Assembly (NCBI GenBank): GCA_965223905.1
Contig: CBDCXV010000010.1
Coordinates: forward strand, 1,152,001 to 1,216,000
Source of the DNA: Candidatus Latescibacterota bacterium
GTDB taxonomy: Bacteria > Latescibacterota > UBA2968 > UBA8231
Length of the DNA: 64,000 bases
Direction: 5' to 3'
Shown: piece by piece, positions 46,568-57,779 of the stretch
How the letters are laid out: the number at the start of each line of letters is the position of its first letter
Position numbering within the stretch: the stretch's first letter is position 1
Notes under the pieces: model-generated
What the model was told of the DNA's origin: nothing
The model's database searches: none
The model's input: only the letters and a program-made list of their open reading frames with translations
Program-made: the position numbers and the translations under genes

Positions 46568-47650
46568 TCAACGGATCTCGATCTTCCTCCCGGTTTCGGC
46601 GCTGCCGTAGAGGGCGTCGAGGATCTTCATGAACAGGTGCGCCTCCGCTGCCGAGACCTCCGGCACGGTTTCGCCGGCAACTGCCAGGGCGAAGCGCTCG
46701 ATCTCGTGGTAGAACGGCGACGCCCCCTCGGGCGCCTCGGTCTGCTCGATATCGGATTTCTGCGGGATCTCCTCGCGCCGGTACCCCTCCCCGGTTCGAC
46801 GGAAGACCGCCTCGTTCGGCGGCGAACCGGGGGTGCCGCCCAGGCCGCAGCGGGCATTGCCGGCGATGGCCCCCTCGGTGCCGTGCAGCTCGCAGATCCG
46901 CGGCGAGTCGCTGTGGCTGGAGTTGCTGCAGTCGATCTGGATCGTCCTGCCGCCGGCGAAGCCGAGGAGGCCGCTGAAGTAGTCTTCCGAGGGGCCTTCC
47001 GGGCCGTCGTACAGGGGGTGCAGGTGGTGCTTGGCGGCGAATGCCCACTGCGGTTGAGGACAGCCCATCCACCACCAGAGCAGGTTGAGATCGTGCGACA
47101 TGTGCTGGGCGAGCACGCCCCCCTTCTGCCCGTACACGTGCAGCCAGCGGTTGGCCCCGGTGATCGTTCCCGGCGGGCTCGCGTTCTTGCTGAAGTAGCG
47201 GCCGTGGTAGGGCTCGCCGATCATTCCCGCGGCCACCGCGAGGCGCACGGCGCGGTTGTGGGGATAGTGGCGCAGGTAGTAGCAGAACTGGACGACCCTG
47301 CCGGCCCGTTGCGAGGCCGCCTCCATATCGAGGATCTCGCCTGCCCGCGTCGCGTGCGGCTTCTGCACCAGGACGTGCTTGCCCGCGGCGAGGCTGTCGA
47401 GGACCATCGGCGTGCGGATGTCGGGAGGGACGCCGAGATAGACGGCGTCGACGCGGCCGTCGCTCAGCAACTCGCGGTAGTCGGCGTAGCGGCCGGGAAT
47501 GTCGAACTCCTCGGCCACCGGGTCGCGGCGGCCCGTGTCGGTATCGGCGATCGCCGCGTTCTCGACCCGCGCCATCTGGGACGCGGAGAGCGCTGCCTGC
47601 CTGCCGGTGAAGCCGGCCCCGACGATGCCGAGCCGAAGCGGCCGCCTCAC
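46568..47650 (-). CDS. Gfo/Idh/MocA-family oxidoreductase
   Basis: LGIVGAG, VDAVY, AGKHVLVQKP, G.IG, GG.L...SH, HGTEG. Confidence 0.9.
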   Translation of the reverse strand: MRRPLRLGIVGAGFTGRQAALSASQMARVENAAIADTDTGRRDPVAEEFDIPGRYADYRELLSDGRVDAVYLGVPPDIRTPMVLDSLAAGKHVLVQKPHATRAGEILDMEAASQRAGRVVQFCYYLRHYPHNRAVRLAVAAGMIGEPYHGRYFSKNASPPGTITGANRWLHVYGQKGGVLAQHMSHDLNLLWWWMGCPQPQWAFAAKHHLHPLYDGPEGPSEDYFSGLLGFAGGRTIQIDCSNSSHSDSPRICELHGTEGAIAGNARCGLGGTPGSPPNEAVFRRTGEGYRREEIPQKSDIEQTEAPEGASPFYHEIERFALAVAGETVPEVSAAEAHLFMKILDALYGSAETGRKIEIR

Positions 47651-47675
47651 GGCCGCCTGCCCGGGGGAGCCGGCC

Positions 47676-48638
47676 TCAACAGATCGTCCCTCGATGGTGC
47701 CTGATGCCGTTTCCCGGCGGGGGATCGCCGACCCAGCGGCTGTCGATCGGCTCGGAGGCGAGCTGGTAGCGCGAGTCGGTGGAGATCCGCAGGCGGTCGG
47801 TCTGATTGTCGTGGGCGGCGTGCATGGTGTACATCGTGAAGACCAGCAGGTCCCCCATCCTGTAGTCGGCGGTCAGCCAGCGGCCTCCGAGGTCGGCGCG
47901 GGTGTCGATCGGGTCCTTGCCGTAGGGGCCGAGGGTGGTCCACCGAATGCGGTTCCTCTCTTCGCCCGTCAGCTCGCGATTCTCCGCCTTCGCCGCGCCG
48001 ATGATGGCCGCGGCCTCCCCGGAATTCTCGCAGTACAGGTTGACGTCGGCGCAGCCGTAGGTCGCCTTCAGCTCCTCCTGCAGGTGCGAGCCTTCGAGCA
48101 GCATCAGCCCGCCCATTTCAAACGGGACGTCGTCGAGGGGGGTCCAGGAGGTGTACAGGTTCCTGGTGCCGCGCGACATGAAGACGATGTCGCAGTGCGG
48201 ATCGGTGGCGATGGTCTCCCCCTTCGTCTTGGCCCGGAACCAGGTGTGGTCGAAGTGCGCCACCTGCCCGCCCAGGAAGAACTCGTAGAACTCGATCATG
48301 CGGCCCGAGTAGAGCAGCTTGTCGATCTCGGGGTTGTCGACCGGCACGTCCTGGGCCGAGCGCATCTTCGTTTCGGGCTTGAATCGCCCTTCCTCGAGAG
48401 GGCTTCCCTCCTCGAAGACCCCCGTTGCGGCGATCCGCCTCAAGGCGCTCATGCGCGCCGCGGCGACCTCGTCGCGGTCGAGGTGCCCGGGAAGGAAGAG
48501 ATAGCCGTCGGCCGCCATGCGCCGGTGCAGCTCTTCGCGGTTCCCGACAACGTCGATGGAACTGCGCAGGGGGCCGACCCCCGTCATGTCGAGTGGACGG
48601 CCGCTGAAGGTGAACTGGGGAAGTGTTTCCGTCGTCAT
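47676..48638 (-). CDS. Phytanoyl-CoA dioxygenase (PhyH) family protein
   Basis: DGYLFLPG, W.R, PHCD.VFM.RG (HxD), WTPL.DV..E.GGL, GD.LVF...T.H, R.S.D.RYQ. The ORF is open upstream to 49022. Confidence 0.88.
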   Translation of the reverse strand: MTTETLPQFTFSGRPLDMTGVGPLRSSIDVVGNREELHRRMAADGYLFLPGHLDRDEVAAARMSALRRIAATGVFEEGSPLEEGRFKPETKMRSAQDVPVDNPEIDKLLYSGRMIEFYEFFLGGQVAHFDHTWFRAKTKGETIATDPHCDIVFMSRGTRNLYTSWTPLDDVPFEMGGLMLLEGSHLQEELKATYGCADVNLYCENSGEAAAIIGAAKAENRELTGEERNRIRWTTLGPYGKDPIDTRADLGGRWLTADYRMGDLLVFTMYTMHAAHDNQTDRLRISTDSRYQLASEPIDSRWVGDPPPGNGIRHHRGTIC

Positions 48639-48815
48639 CGGGTCCCGTTTCGATTGCGAAGGTGAGGACGAAGTACGGAAAGATAGGCCGGTGTCCGGGG
48701 CACTGCGAGCCGTGCCCCGGGAAGGATTCCGGTCTTCAGGGCTCTCGGGGGCTGCAGGCAGGACAGGCGGCAAGTGCCCTGCCGTCAAGGGTTCCCGGGG
48801 AGCCTGGCAGACCGG

Positions 48816-49022
48816 GTCCGGAACGTGGACGATCAGCTCGTCGACGCTCTCGCACCCCAGGGCGCGGTAGATGCGATCGAGGGTATCGAGGTCGATGCGC
48901 TTGATCTCGCCCCTGACCAGGCGGTTCACCTGCTGGCGCGGCATCCCGATTCTGCGGGCGAGCTCGGACTGCGTGGGCGCTCCCTTCCGCTCCAGGAGCT
49001 CCTTCAGGCGGAACTTCATCAT
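48816..49022 (-). CDS. XRE/Cro-C1 (HTH_26) transcriptional regulator domain, in frame with phyH with no stop between them
   Basis: RLKELL....TQSELARRIG..RQQVNRL..GEIKRIDLDTLDRI..ALGC....LI; GGAGG RBS upstream. Confidence 0.8.
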
Positions 49023-49205
49023 GGCTCATGCCTCCGGTTCGATTACCTGGTCGTGTCCCTGCAGCCAAGGTTCCCCGGGGGGGTATACGCTGTATTCAGG
49101 AAACGATGACAACGCAGATAGCCGAAAGCTGTGTTGACATACCGATACCTGGTTGCGGGGTTCGCCAAGTGGCCAGCACCATCTGGATGCAAGGCCAACT
49201 CAGGG

Positions 49206-50336
49206 CTAGCGGGATTCCCCCCGCCTTTGCCACAGTTCCAGCACATGTTCGCGCGGTTCCAGCGGTGCCCGGACGCGCGCTTTGCGCAAGTGCGATTCCC
49301 AGGTGGCGTGAATCATCTCCAGGCAGTCACGCCCATCCCTTCCGCTGGCTGCCGGATCGCGTCCTTCCTCGATTGCGGCAATCAGATCGCGGAGCATCAA
49401 CCGCTGTAAAAACAACCTCTTCGCCGCCATGTCGCGCCGCTTGCCCTGTTCGTCGACATCCTCGTAGGAGATCGATTGAGGGGTCCACCCCTCAATGGGG
49501 GTGTGATGCGCACCGTCGTGGATGAACAAGGCGGTTCCGACACTGCCTCGCAGGGCCAGGCGCCCTTCTGTTCCGATCAGGTCGAGACCGTATGCATCGT
49601 CCTTGGCACGCGGCTCGGCAAGAAACTCCACCTGTGCATGTATTCCCGTCTTGAAACGGAAGGAAACGAATCCGCGCTCACCCAGGACGAGGCCGGAATC
49701 GCGATCGCTTGCATCGACTTCCCGGGTATGTCTGATGTCGCGGATTTCCGATTCCCTGCCGTCGAGCTGCTGGAGGTGGCCGTGTGCCCATTCCATGTCT
49801 CCGGCGAAAAGGCGAACCCAGTCGTACAAATGGGTTCCCATCTCCATCAAGGCGTTGCCGGCGCGCCTTCCCCCTTTCTCGAAAGCCTTGACCTGGATGA
49901 GCCGGCCGATCTCTCCGCTGTCGATCTGTTCCTGCACGTGGAGGTTGTACGGACTGGCCCGCTTGATGTGATTGATGGCGAGGCGCACGTCGTTGTCGTC
50001 GCAGGAGGCCACCATGGCGTCGGCCTCGGCCAGGTTCAAGGCGATAGGTTTTTCGCAGAAGACGTGGATGCCGCGTCGCGCCGCGGCCAGAGTGGCTGTG
50101 CAGTGCACGGGTGAATGTGTAGCTATGATGACGATGTCGGGCTCGAGCTCGTCCATCATCTTCTCGAAATCTTCGAAGACCGCCTTGACGGCGAAACGCT
50201 GCCGCCATTTGCGCGTTTGGTCGGGATCGACTTCGGCGGCGCCGGCGAGCTCGCAGGTTTTTTCCGCTTCTACCGCCTCGGCGTGGTGATGTCCCATGCT
50301 GCCGAGTCCGACTATGGCGATGCGATATGATTTCAC
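49206..50336 (-). CDS. Gfo/Idh/MocA-family oxidoreductase
   Basis: IAIVGLGSMG, PDIVIIAT, HVFCEKPIA, G.IG, GTHLYD, IGTEG; probable GTG start. Confidence 0.9.
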   Translation of the reverse strand: MKSYRIAIVGLGSMGHHHAEAVEAEKTCELAGAAEVDPDQTRKWRQRFAVKAVFEDFEKMMDELEPDIVIIATHSPVHCTATLAAARRGIHVFCEKPIALNLAEADAMVASCDDNDVRLAINHIKRASPYNLHVQEQIDSGEIGRLIQVKAFEKGGRRAGNALMEMGTHLYDWVRLFAGDMEWAHGHLQQLDGRESEIRDIRHTREVDASDRDSGLVLGERGFVSFRFKTGIHAQVEFLAEPRAKDDAYGLDLIGTEGRLALRGSVGTALFIHDGAHHTPIEGWTPQSISYEDVDEQGKRRDMAAKRLFLQRLMLRDLIAAIEEGRDPAASGRDGRDCLEMIHATWESHLRKARVRAPLEPREHVLELWQRRGESR

Positions 50337-50394
50337 GGCTGAGCTCCCCTGTCGATTCGCCATCCACGGCCCCATCGGAACGTGGAAAGGAGGA

Positions 50395-51381
50395 TCAGGT
50401 CACCCGCAGGAGGCGGCGGCCTCCGGCAAGCAGTTTCAGCAGCCGGCTCGGGAAGGCCTCGACTGCAAAATAGGAAACCAGGCTGCCCCCGAATCCGCGC
50501 TTGAAAAAGGCGATTCCCGGCAGGTTGGCGCCGACGAAGTCGAACCGGGGAAAACCGGTCCGCTCGAGCAGCTTCCAGTACAGGAAGGAAGTGGCGCCGC
50601 TGTCGCGAAAGGCGGGATCGGCGCCGGAGACCCAGGCGTAGATGGTGTCGAAGCCGCGGGCGAATACGACCACCGACGCGGTGCGGCCAGTGCCGTCGAC
50701 GACGCGGTAGGCCTCGGTGAGTTCGCGTTTCCGCGCCTCGAAGGCGAACCGCCGCATGATATCGGCGGCAACCGGAGGTCGCCCCTGTTCGCCATAGACC
50801 ATCTCGTACTGCTGCACGAGCTCGTCGAGATCGTCGGCAGGCTCGAACCGGAATATCTCCGAGGCTTTGCGGATTACGGTGCGGGTGCGGCGCTCGAGCC
50901 GTGACCAGACCGCGGCCGAACCGCAGCGGAGGTCGGTGAGGTAGGTGTAACGGGGCGCCGCGTTCCAACCTGCCCAGGAAAACTCGCGGACGTCGTCGAT
51001 TGCAGGCGACAAGGTGAGGTGCACGTGGCCGTAGCGGCCCTCGAGGAATTCGATCAGGGCGCGGGCTTCCCCGCGGCGCTCCGATTCCTGCCGCGACGGC
51101 AGGTCGCTGGGGACCGGCCGGTGGACAAAGCCGCCGTGGGGCAGCAGGGGCGGGGTGATCAACTGCCTGCCGCGACGGCGCTCGATTCCGCTGACCCCGG
51201 CTACGAGCTGTCCCTTCTTGTAACAGCGGTAGCCGACGGCGCGGTCGCCGGTCGCTTCCTGCGCGCACTCCAGCCAGGCCCGCGTCGAGAATACCGTTCC
51301 GCCCACGGCGCTGCGCACGAACGGGTCCCAGTCGTCGGCGTTGCTCGCATCGGCGATTTCGTAGATGTCCAGGGCGGGCAT
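50395..51381 (-). CDS. GNAT/FemAB-like acyltransferase
   Basis: WD.FV....GTVF....W, RYTY..DL, R..IRKA, GA.S.L.W, FDF.GAN..GIA.FKRGFGG. Confidence 0.8.
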   Translation of the reverse strand: MPALDIYEIADASNADDWDPFVRSAVGGTVFSTRAWLECAQEATGDRAVGYRCYKKGQLVAGVSGIERRRGRQLITPPLLPHGGFVHRPVPSDLPSRQESERRGEARALIEFLEGRYGHVHLTLSPAIDDVREFSWAGWNAAPRYTYLTDLRCGSAAVWSRLERRTRTVIRKASEIFRFEPADDLDELVQQYEMVYGEQGRPPVAADIMRRFAFEARKRELTEAYRVVDGTGRTASVVVFARGFDTIYAWVSGADPAFRDSGATSFLYWKLLERTGFPRFDFVGANLPGIAFFKRGFGGSLVSYFAVEAFPSRLLKLLAGGRRLLRVT

Positions 51382-51402
51382 TATCCAGCGGTCACTGTCG
51401 GC

Positions 51403-51430
51403 GTTGTTGACATCGTGTTGTTGACATCGT
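51403..51430. repeat. Perfect 14-bp tandem duplication GTTGTTGACATCGT x2
   Basis: Read directly; each unit contains TTGACA. Confidence 0.9.
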
Positions 51431-51450
51431 CCGGGGGGCCATTCTATATT
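51421..51450 (+). promoter_or_regulatory. Sigma70 promoter of the ilvC-leu operon
   Basis: TTGACA-N18-TATATT followed by an AT-rich tract (TTAACAAAA x2). Confidence 0.7.
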
Positions 51451-51495
51451 AACAAAATTAACAAAACTAAACTTTATTCTAAACACTTGGGCCGG

Positions 51496-51681
51496 TTGAA
51501 TTTGTACTGCTCTCCAGGCAAGGATCGCGAGGCGGCTCCCGCCTCGCGCAACGAACTCGCAACACCGGCCTCTCTGCGCTTCCTTCCGATTATTCCCCTG
51601 CTCCTCGGCCTTCGCCTTACCGCGCTGATCGAGTAGGCTCCGCTCTTTCGCTACCAAATAACCCGATCGAGAACGGAGCCT
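51496..51681 (+). promoter_or_regulatory. Candidate Leu/Ile-rich leader peptide and attenuator
   Basis: ORF (TTG 51496 to TAG 51636) ends LRFLPIIPLLLGLRLTALIE; hairpins at 51526-51548 and 51635-51681. Confidence 0.5.
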
Positions 51682-51770
51682 TGATGAAAATTCAAAGGCA
51701 GTGACCGAATTGTGTCTGTCGCGATGTCTGACGATACGAGACCGATGCTTCCCTCAACACACCCCAGGAG

Positions 51771-52769
51771 ATGACGACGATGCAGATGTTCTACGACGAT
51801 GACGCCAACCTCGAACTGCTCGCGGACAAAACCGTGGCGGTCATCGGCTACGGCAGCCAGGGGCACGCCCACGCCCTCAACCTCAAGGAGAGCGGCGTGA
51901 ATGTCGTCGTCGGACTGCGCGAGGGAAGCGCCCGCCGCGCCGAGGCGGAGAGAGACGGTCTCGCGGTCGCCACCGTACCCGAGGCGGCGAAGGCGGGAGA
52001 CATCATCATGATTCTGATCAACGACGAGATCCAAGGTGCGGTGTTCAAAGCCGATATCGAGCCCAACCTGGAAGAGGGAAACGCCGTGGCCTTCGCGCAC
52101 GGGTTCAACATCCACTTCAGGCAGGTGGTGCCGCCGGCCAACCTCGACGTCTTCATGGTGGCGCCGAAGGGCCCCGGCCACCTGGTGCGCCGGGTGTACG
52201 AAGAAGGGGGAGGGGTCCCGTGCCTGCTGGCGATCGGGCAGGACGCCACGGGACGCGCCCACGAAATCGGGCTCGCGTACGCCAAGGGTATCGGCGGCAC
52301 CCGGGGAGGCGTCATCACGACGACCTTCCGCGAAGAGACCGAGACCGACCTGTTCGGAGAGCAGGTGGTGCTGTGCGGCGGCCTGACCGAGTTGATCCGC
52401 GCCGGCTTCGAGACTCTCGTCGAGGCGGGCTACCAGCCCGAGGTCTGCTACTTCGAATGTCTGCACGAGGTGAAACTGATCGTCGACCTGATTTACGAGG
52501 GCGGCATCGCCAACATGCGCTCGTCGATCTCGGACACGGCCGAGTTCGGTGATCTCACCCGCGGCAGGCGAGTGGTGACGGGAGAGACGCGGCAGCGGAT
52601 GAAGAAGATCCTCGAAGAGGTGCAGAACGGGCAGTTCGCAAAAGAGTGGATGCTGGAAAACCAGGTGGGCAGGCCGGTATACAACGCCCGCAAACGCCAG
52701 GACGCGGAGCACCAGATCGAAGAGGTGGGGGCCCGTCTGCGCGGCATGATGAGTTGGCTGGAAGGGTAG
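51771..52769 (+). CDS. ilvC: Ketol-acid reductoisomerase
   Basis: [71 protein letters not shown]. Confidence 0.98.
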   Translation: MTTMQMFYDDDANLELLADKTVAVIGYGSQGHAHALNLKESGVNVVVGLREGSARRAEAERDGLAVATVPEAAKAGDIIMILINDEIQGAVFKADIEPNLEEGNAVAFAHGFNIHFRQVVPPANLDVFMVAPKGPGHLVRRVYEEGGGVPCLLAIGQDATGRAHEIGLAYAKGIGGTRGGVITTTFREETETDLFGEQVVLCGGLTELIRAGFETLVEAGYQPEVCYFECLHEVKLIVDLIYEGGIANMRSSISDTAEFGDLTRGRRVVTGETRQRMKKILEEVQNGQFAKEWMLENQVGRPVYNARKRQDAEHQIEEVGARLRGMMSWLEG

Positions 52770-52820
52770 GGCTGCCCCTGTCCTGCAACCCTTCGAGTTT
52801 CACGGTGCCATCTGTCCACA

Positions 52821-52857
52821 TGCAACTGGCGGGTGCAGCAGCTACCCGCCAGTTGCA
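52821..52857. other. Intercistronic 14-bp perfect hairpin between ilvC and leuA
   Basis: TGCAACTGGCGGGT-N9-ACCCGCCAGTTGCA; no U-tract. Confidence 0.75.
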
Positions 52858-52875
52858 ACATGAAAGGGACGAGCC

Positions 52876-54420
<1,545 letters not shown>

Positions 54421-54435
54421 GGGCGAGACTGGGAA

Positions 54436-55848
54436 ATGTCGAGGAATCTGTTCGAGAAGGTCTGGGACATGCACGAGGTGCGGCGGCTCCCCTCGGGGCA
54501 ATCGCAGCTGTTCATCGGCCTCCACCTGATCCACGAGGTGACCAGCCCCCAGGCCTTCCAGATGCTGCGCGAGCGCGGCCTGAAGCTGCTGCATCCGGAG
54601 CGCACCTACGCCACCGTCGATCACATCATCCCGACGGACCAGCGCGGGCGCCCGTTTGCCGACGGGCTTGCGGAAGAGATGATGGCTGCGCTCGAGGAGA
54701 ACGCGAGAGAGTTCGCCGTGCCCCTGTTCGACATGAACGACCCGCGCCAGGGGATCGTGCACGTGATCGGCCCCGAGCTGGGGCTGACGCAGCCGGGGAT
54801 GACCATCGCCTGCGGCGACAGCCACACCTCGACCCACGGGGCCGTCGGGTCGATCGCCTTCGGCATAGGCACCAGCCAGGTGCGCGACGTCCTGGCGAGC
54901 CAGTGCCTGGCGATGGCGCGGCCGCGGGTGCGCCGCATCGAGGTCAACGGCCGGCTCGGAGATGGTGTGTACGCCAAGGACGTCATCCTCAACATCATCG
55001 GCGAACTGGGGGTGAAAGGCGGGGCGGGCTACGCCTACGAGTACGGCGGCGAGGTCTTCGACGCCATGTCGATGGAAGAGCGCATGACGGTATGCAACAT
55101 GTCGATCGAGGGGGGCGCCCGTTGCGGCTACGTCAACCCGGACCGGACGACGTTCGACTATGTCCGGGGGCGGCCGTACGCACCGCCGGAAAGCGCCTTC
55201 GACAAGGCCTCGGAATGGTGGCGTTCCCTGGCCTCCTCGCCCGGGGCGAGTTACGACGACCGCATCGAGATCGACGGCAGGGCCATTGCCCCGACAGTGA
55301 CCTGGGGAATCACGCCCGGCCAGTCGGCAGGTGTCGACGGTGCCATCCCGCGGCTGACCTCCTTTCCGGAATCCGACCGGGCGAGCGTGAGGGAAGCGCT
55401 GGACTTCATGGAGTTCGAGGAGGGGGACAGGATCGCCGGAACGGCCATCGACGTCGCCTTCATCGGTTCCTGTACCAACTCGCGAATCTCCGACCTGCGC
55501 GAGGCGGCGAAGGTCGCCAGGGGCCGCAAGGTCAAGGGAAACATCAAGGCGCTCGTGGTTCCCGGGTCCCGCGAGGTGCGCGAGGAGGCCCAGGCCGAGG
55601 GCCTGCACGAAATCTTTCGCGAGGCCGGCTTCGATTGGCGGGAGGCCGGCTGCTCGATGTGCCTGGCGATGAATCCCGACAAGCTGCAGGGGCGGCAGGT
55701 CTGCGCCTCGTCGAGCAACCGCAACTTCAAGGGCCGTCAAGGGAGCCCGACGGGGCGGACACTGCTGATGAGCCCGGCGATGGTCGCCGCGGCGGCGATC
55801 GAGGGCGCGGTGACCGACGTGCGCGCCATGCTCGGGCAGGGAGACTGA
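54436..55848 (+). CDS. leuC: 3-isopropylmalate dehydratase large subunit
   Basis: [65 protein letters not shown]. Confidence 0.98.
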   Translation: MSRNLFEKVWDMHEVRRLPSGQSQLFIGLHLIHEVTSPQAFQMLRERGLKLLHPERTYATVDHIIPTDQRGRPFADGLAEEMMAALEENAREFAVPLFDMNDPRQGIVHVIGPELGLTQPGMTIACGDSHTSTHGAVGSIAFGIGTSQVRDVLASQCLAMARPRVRRIEVNGRLGDGVYAKDVILNIIGELGVKGGAGYAYEYGGEVFDAMSMEERMTVCNMSIEGGARCGYVNPDRTTFDYVRGRPYAPPESAFDKASEWWRSLASSPGASYDDRIEIDGRAIAPTVTWGITPGQSAGVDGAIPRLTSFPESDRASVREALDFMEFEEGDRIAGTAIDVAFIGSCTNSRISDLREAAKVARGRKVKGNIKALVVPGSREVREEAQAEGLHEIFREAGFDWREAGCSMCLAMNPDKLQGRQVCASSSNRNFKGRQGSPTGRTLLMSPAMVAAAAIEGAVTDVRAMLGQGD

Positions 55849-55850
55849 GA

Positions 55851-56450
55851 ATGGGAACGGCAACCGATTCCCGCAGGGGAGCGATCAGGGGCAGGGTGGT
55901 GGTGGTGCGCGGCAACGATATCGACACCGACCGCATCATTCCGGCCCGTTACCTGCGCACGGTGACCTTCGACAACCTCGGGGAGCACGCCTTCGAGGAC
56001 GAGCGCCGTTCCCGCAAACACCCGTTCGACGAGGCCCGCTACCAGGGGGCCGGCATCCTGGTAGTCAACAAGAATTTCGGCTGCGGCTCTTCCCGGGAGC
56101 ACGCTCCCCAGGCGCTGGCGCGCTGGGGCATCCAGGGGTTCGTCGGCGAATCGTTCGCCGAGATCTTCTTCGGCAACTGCGTCGCCATGGGGCTTCCCTG
56201 CATGACCGCTTCCGAAGCGGACGTGGAGCGGCTGATGCAGGCGGTGGAGGAGGATCCGTCCCTGGAGCTGGAGATCGATGTCGAGGCGCAGACCGCGAGG
56301 TTCGCGTCCGAGTCGATCGCGGCGACCCTTCCCGGGGGGCCGCGCCAGCAGCTTGTGACGGGTACGTGGGATGCCCTCGGGCAGCTGCTGGAGGCGGTCG
56401 ACGAGATCGAGAGCACGGCCCGGAAGCTGCCGTACGTTACGGGATTCTGA
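55851..56450 (+). CDS. leuD: 3-isopropylmalate dehydratase small subunit
   Basis: NDIDTDRIIPARYL, NFGCGSSREHAPQAL, SFAEIFFGNC. Confidence 0.97.
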   Translation: MGTATDSRRGAIRGRVVVVRGNDIDTDRIIPARYLRTVTFDNLGEHAFEDERRSRKHPFDEARYQGAGILVVNKNFGCGSSREHAPQALARWGIQGFVGESFAEIFFGNCVAMGLPCMTASEADVERLMQAVEEDPSLELEIDVEAQTARFASESIAATLPGGPRQQLVTGTWDALGQLLEAVDEIESTARKLPYVTGF

Positions 56451-56463
56451 GGCGGGGGGCGTC

Positions 56464-56703
56464 ATGGGGTACATCGAGATGAATGGGCGGAAGATCACCA
56501 ACCCGATCTCCCGGGTGCTGGTCGCAGCCGCATTCGCGCTGATTTTCGCCTTCGGTGCAGCGGCGGTCGTCAGCGCCGTCGTGATAGAGATCGGGATCGC
56601 ACTGACTGCGGCGGTGATCGCCACGGCCGTGATACTGGTGGTCGGCCCCGTGGTTGCGGGGCTGTTCTGGCTTTCAAACCGGATCGAAAGAAGAGGGAGG
56701 TGA
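56464..56703 (+). CDS. Small two-TM hypothetical membrane protein (79 aa)
   Basis: MGYIEMNGRKITNP followed by a ~50-aa hydrophobic stretch; G-rich RBS; fills the leuD-leuB gap. Confidence 0.65.
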   Translation: MGYIEMNGRKITNPISRVLVAAAFALIFAFGAAAVVSAVVIEIGIALTAAVIATAVILVVGPVVAGLFWLSNRIERRGR

Positions 56704-56704
56704 G

Positions 56705-57775
56705 ATGTACAGGATTGCCGTTCTGCCGGGTGACGGGACCGGCCCCGAGGTAGTGGCCGAGGGCCTGAAGGCCCTCTCCACGGTGGCCGGGAAGGTGGGG
56801 TTTGCCTACGAGACCGTCGAGTTCGATTTCGGCGGCGACCGCTATCTCGCGACCGACGAGGTGCTTCCCGACTCGGCGGTCGACGAGCTGCGGCAGTTCG
56901 ACGCCATCTACCTCGGCGCCATCGGCCACCCCGAAGTTAGACCGGGCATACTGGAAAAGGGGATTCTGCTGCGGCTGCGGTTCGAGCTCGATCAGTACAT
57001 CAACCTGCGCCCGGTGAAGCTCTACCCGAATGTGCCGACCCCGCTGAAGGACAAGGGGCCGGAGGACATCGACTTCGTCGTGGTGCGCGAGAACACCGAG
57101 GGGATCTACACCGGAGCCGGCGGCTTCCTCAAGAAGGGCACGCCGGACGAGATCGCGGTGCAGGAATCGATCAACACCCGCAAGGGGGTCGAGCGCTGCC
57201 TGCGCTACGCCTTCGAGTTCACGCGGCGGCGCGCCAGGGAGAATACGCTGACCCTGTGCGGCAAGACGAACGTGCTGACCTTCGCCTTCGATCTCTGGGA
57301 GCGCGCCTTTCACGAGGTGGGTGAGAGCGATTTTCCGCAGATCCGGCGGGACTACGCCCACGTCGACGCCATCTGCATGTGGATGGTCAAGAACCCGGAG
57401 TGGTTCGACGTGATCGTCACCGACAACATCTTCGGCGACATCATCACCGACCTCGGCGCGATGATCCAGGGAGGCATGGGGATCGCCGCGGGCGGCAACA
57501 TCAACCCGGAGGGGGTGTCGATGTTCGAGCCGATCGGCGGATCGGCCCCCAAGTACACGGGGAAGAATGTGATCAACCCGATGGCGGCGATCGCCGCCTG
57601 CCAGCTGATGATCGCCACTCTCGGGGAGCAGGAGGGGGCGGAGCTCCTCGAGGAGGCCATCGTCTCGACCCTGCAGCAGCTGAAGGGGATGGGGGCGGGC
57701 GAGATGGGGTACTCGACCTCGGAGGTCGGCGACCTCGTGGCGCAGGCGGTGGCAGACGGGCCCGCGGGAGGGTGA
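56705..57775 (+). CDS. leuB: 3-isopropylmalate dehydrogenase
   Basis: IAVLPGDGTGPEV, NLRP, VRENTEG.Y, KTNVL, HVDA, FDVIVTDNIFGDIITDLGA, MFEPIGGSAP. Confidence 0.93.
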   Translation: MYRIAVLPGDGTGPEVVAEGLKALSTVAGKVGFAYETVEFDFGGDRYLATDEVLPDSAVDELRQFDAIYLGAIGHPEVRPGILEKGILLRLRFELDQYINLRPVKLYPNVPTPLKDKGPEDIDFVVVRENTEGIYTGAGGFLKKGTPDEIAVQESINTRKGVERCLRYAFEFTRRRARENTLTLCGKTNVLTFAFDLWERAFHEVGESDFPQIRRDYAHVDAICMWMVKNPEWFDVIVTDNIFGDIITDLGAMIQGGMGIAAGGNINPEGVSMFEPIGGSAPKYTGKNVINPMAAIAACQLMIATLGEQEGAELLEEAIVSTLQQLKGMGAGEMGYSTSEVGDLVAQAVADGPAGG

Positions 57776-57779
57776 GGAA

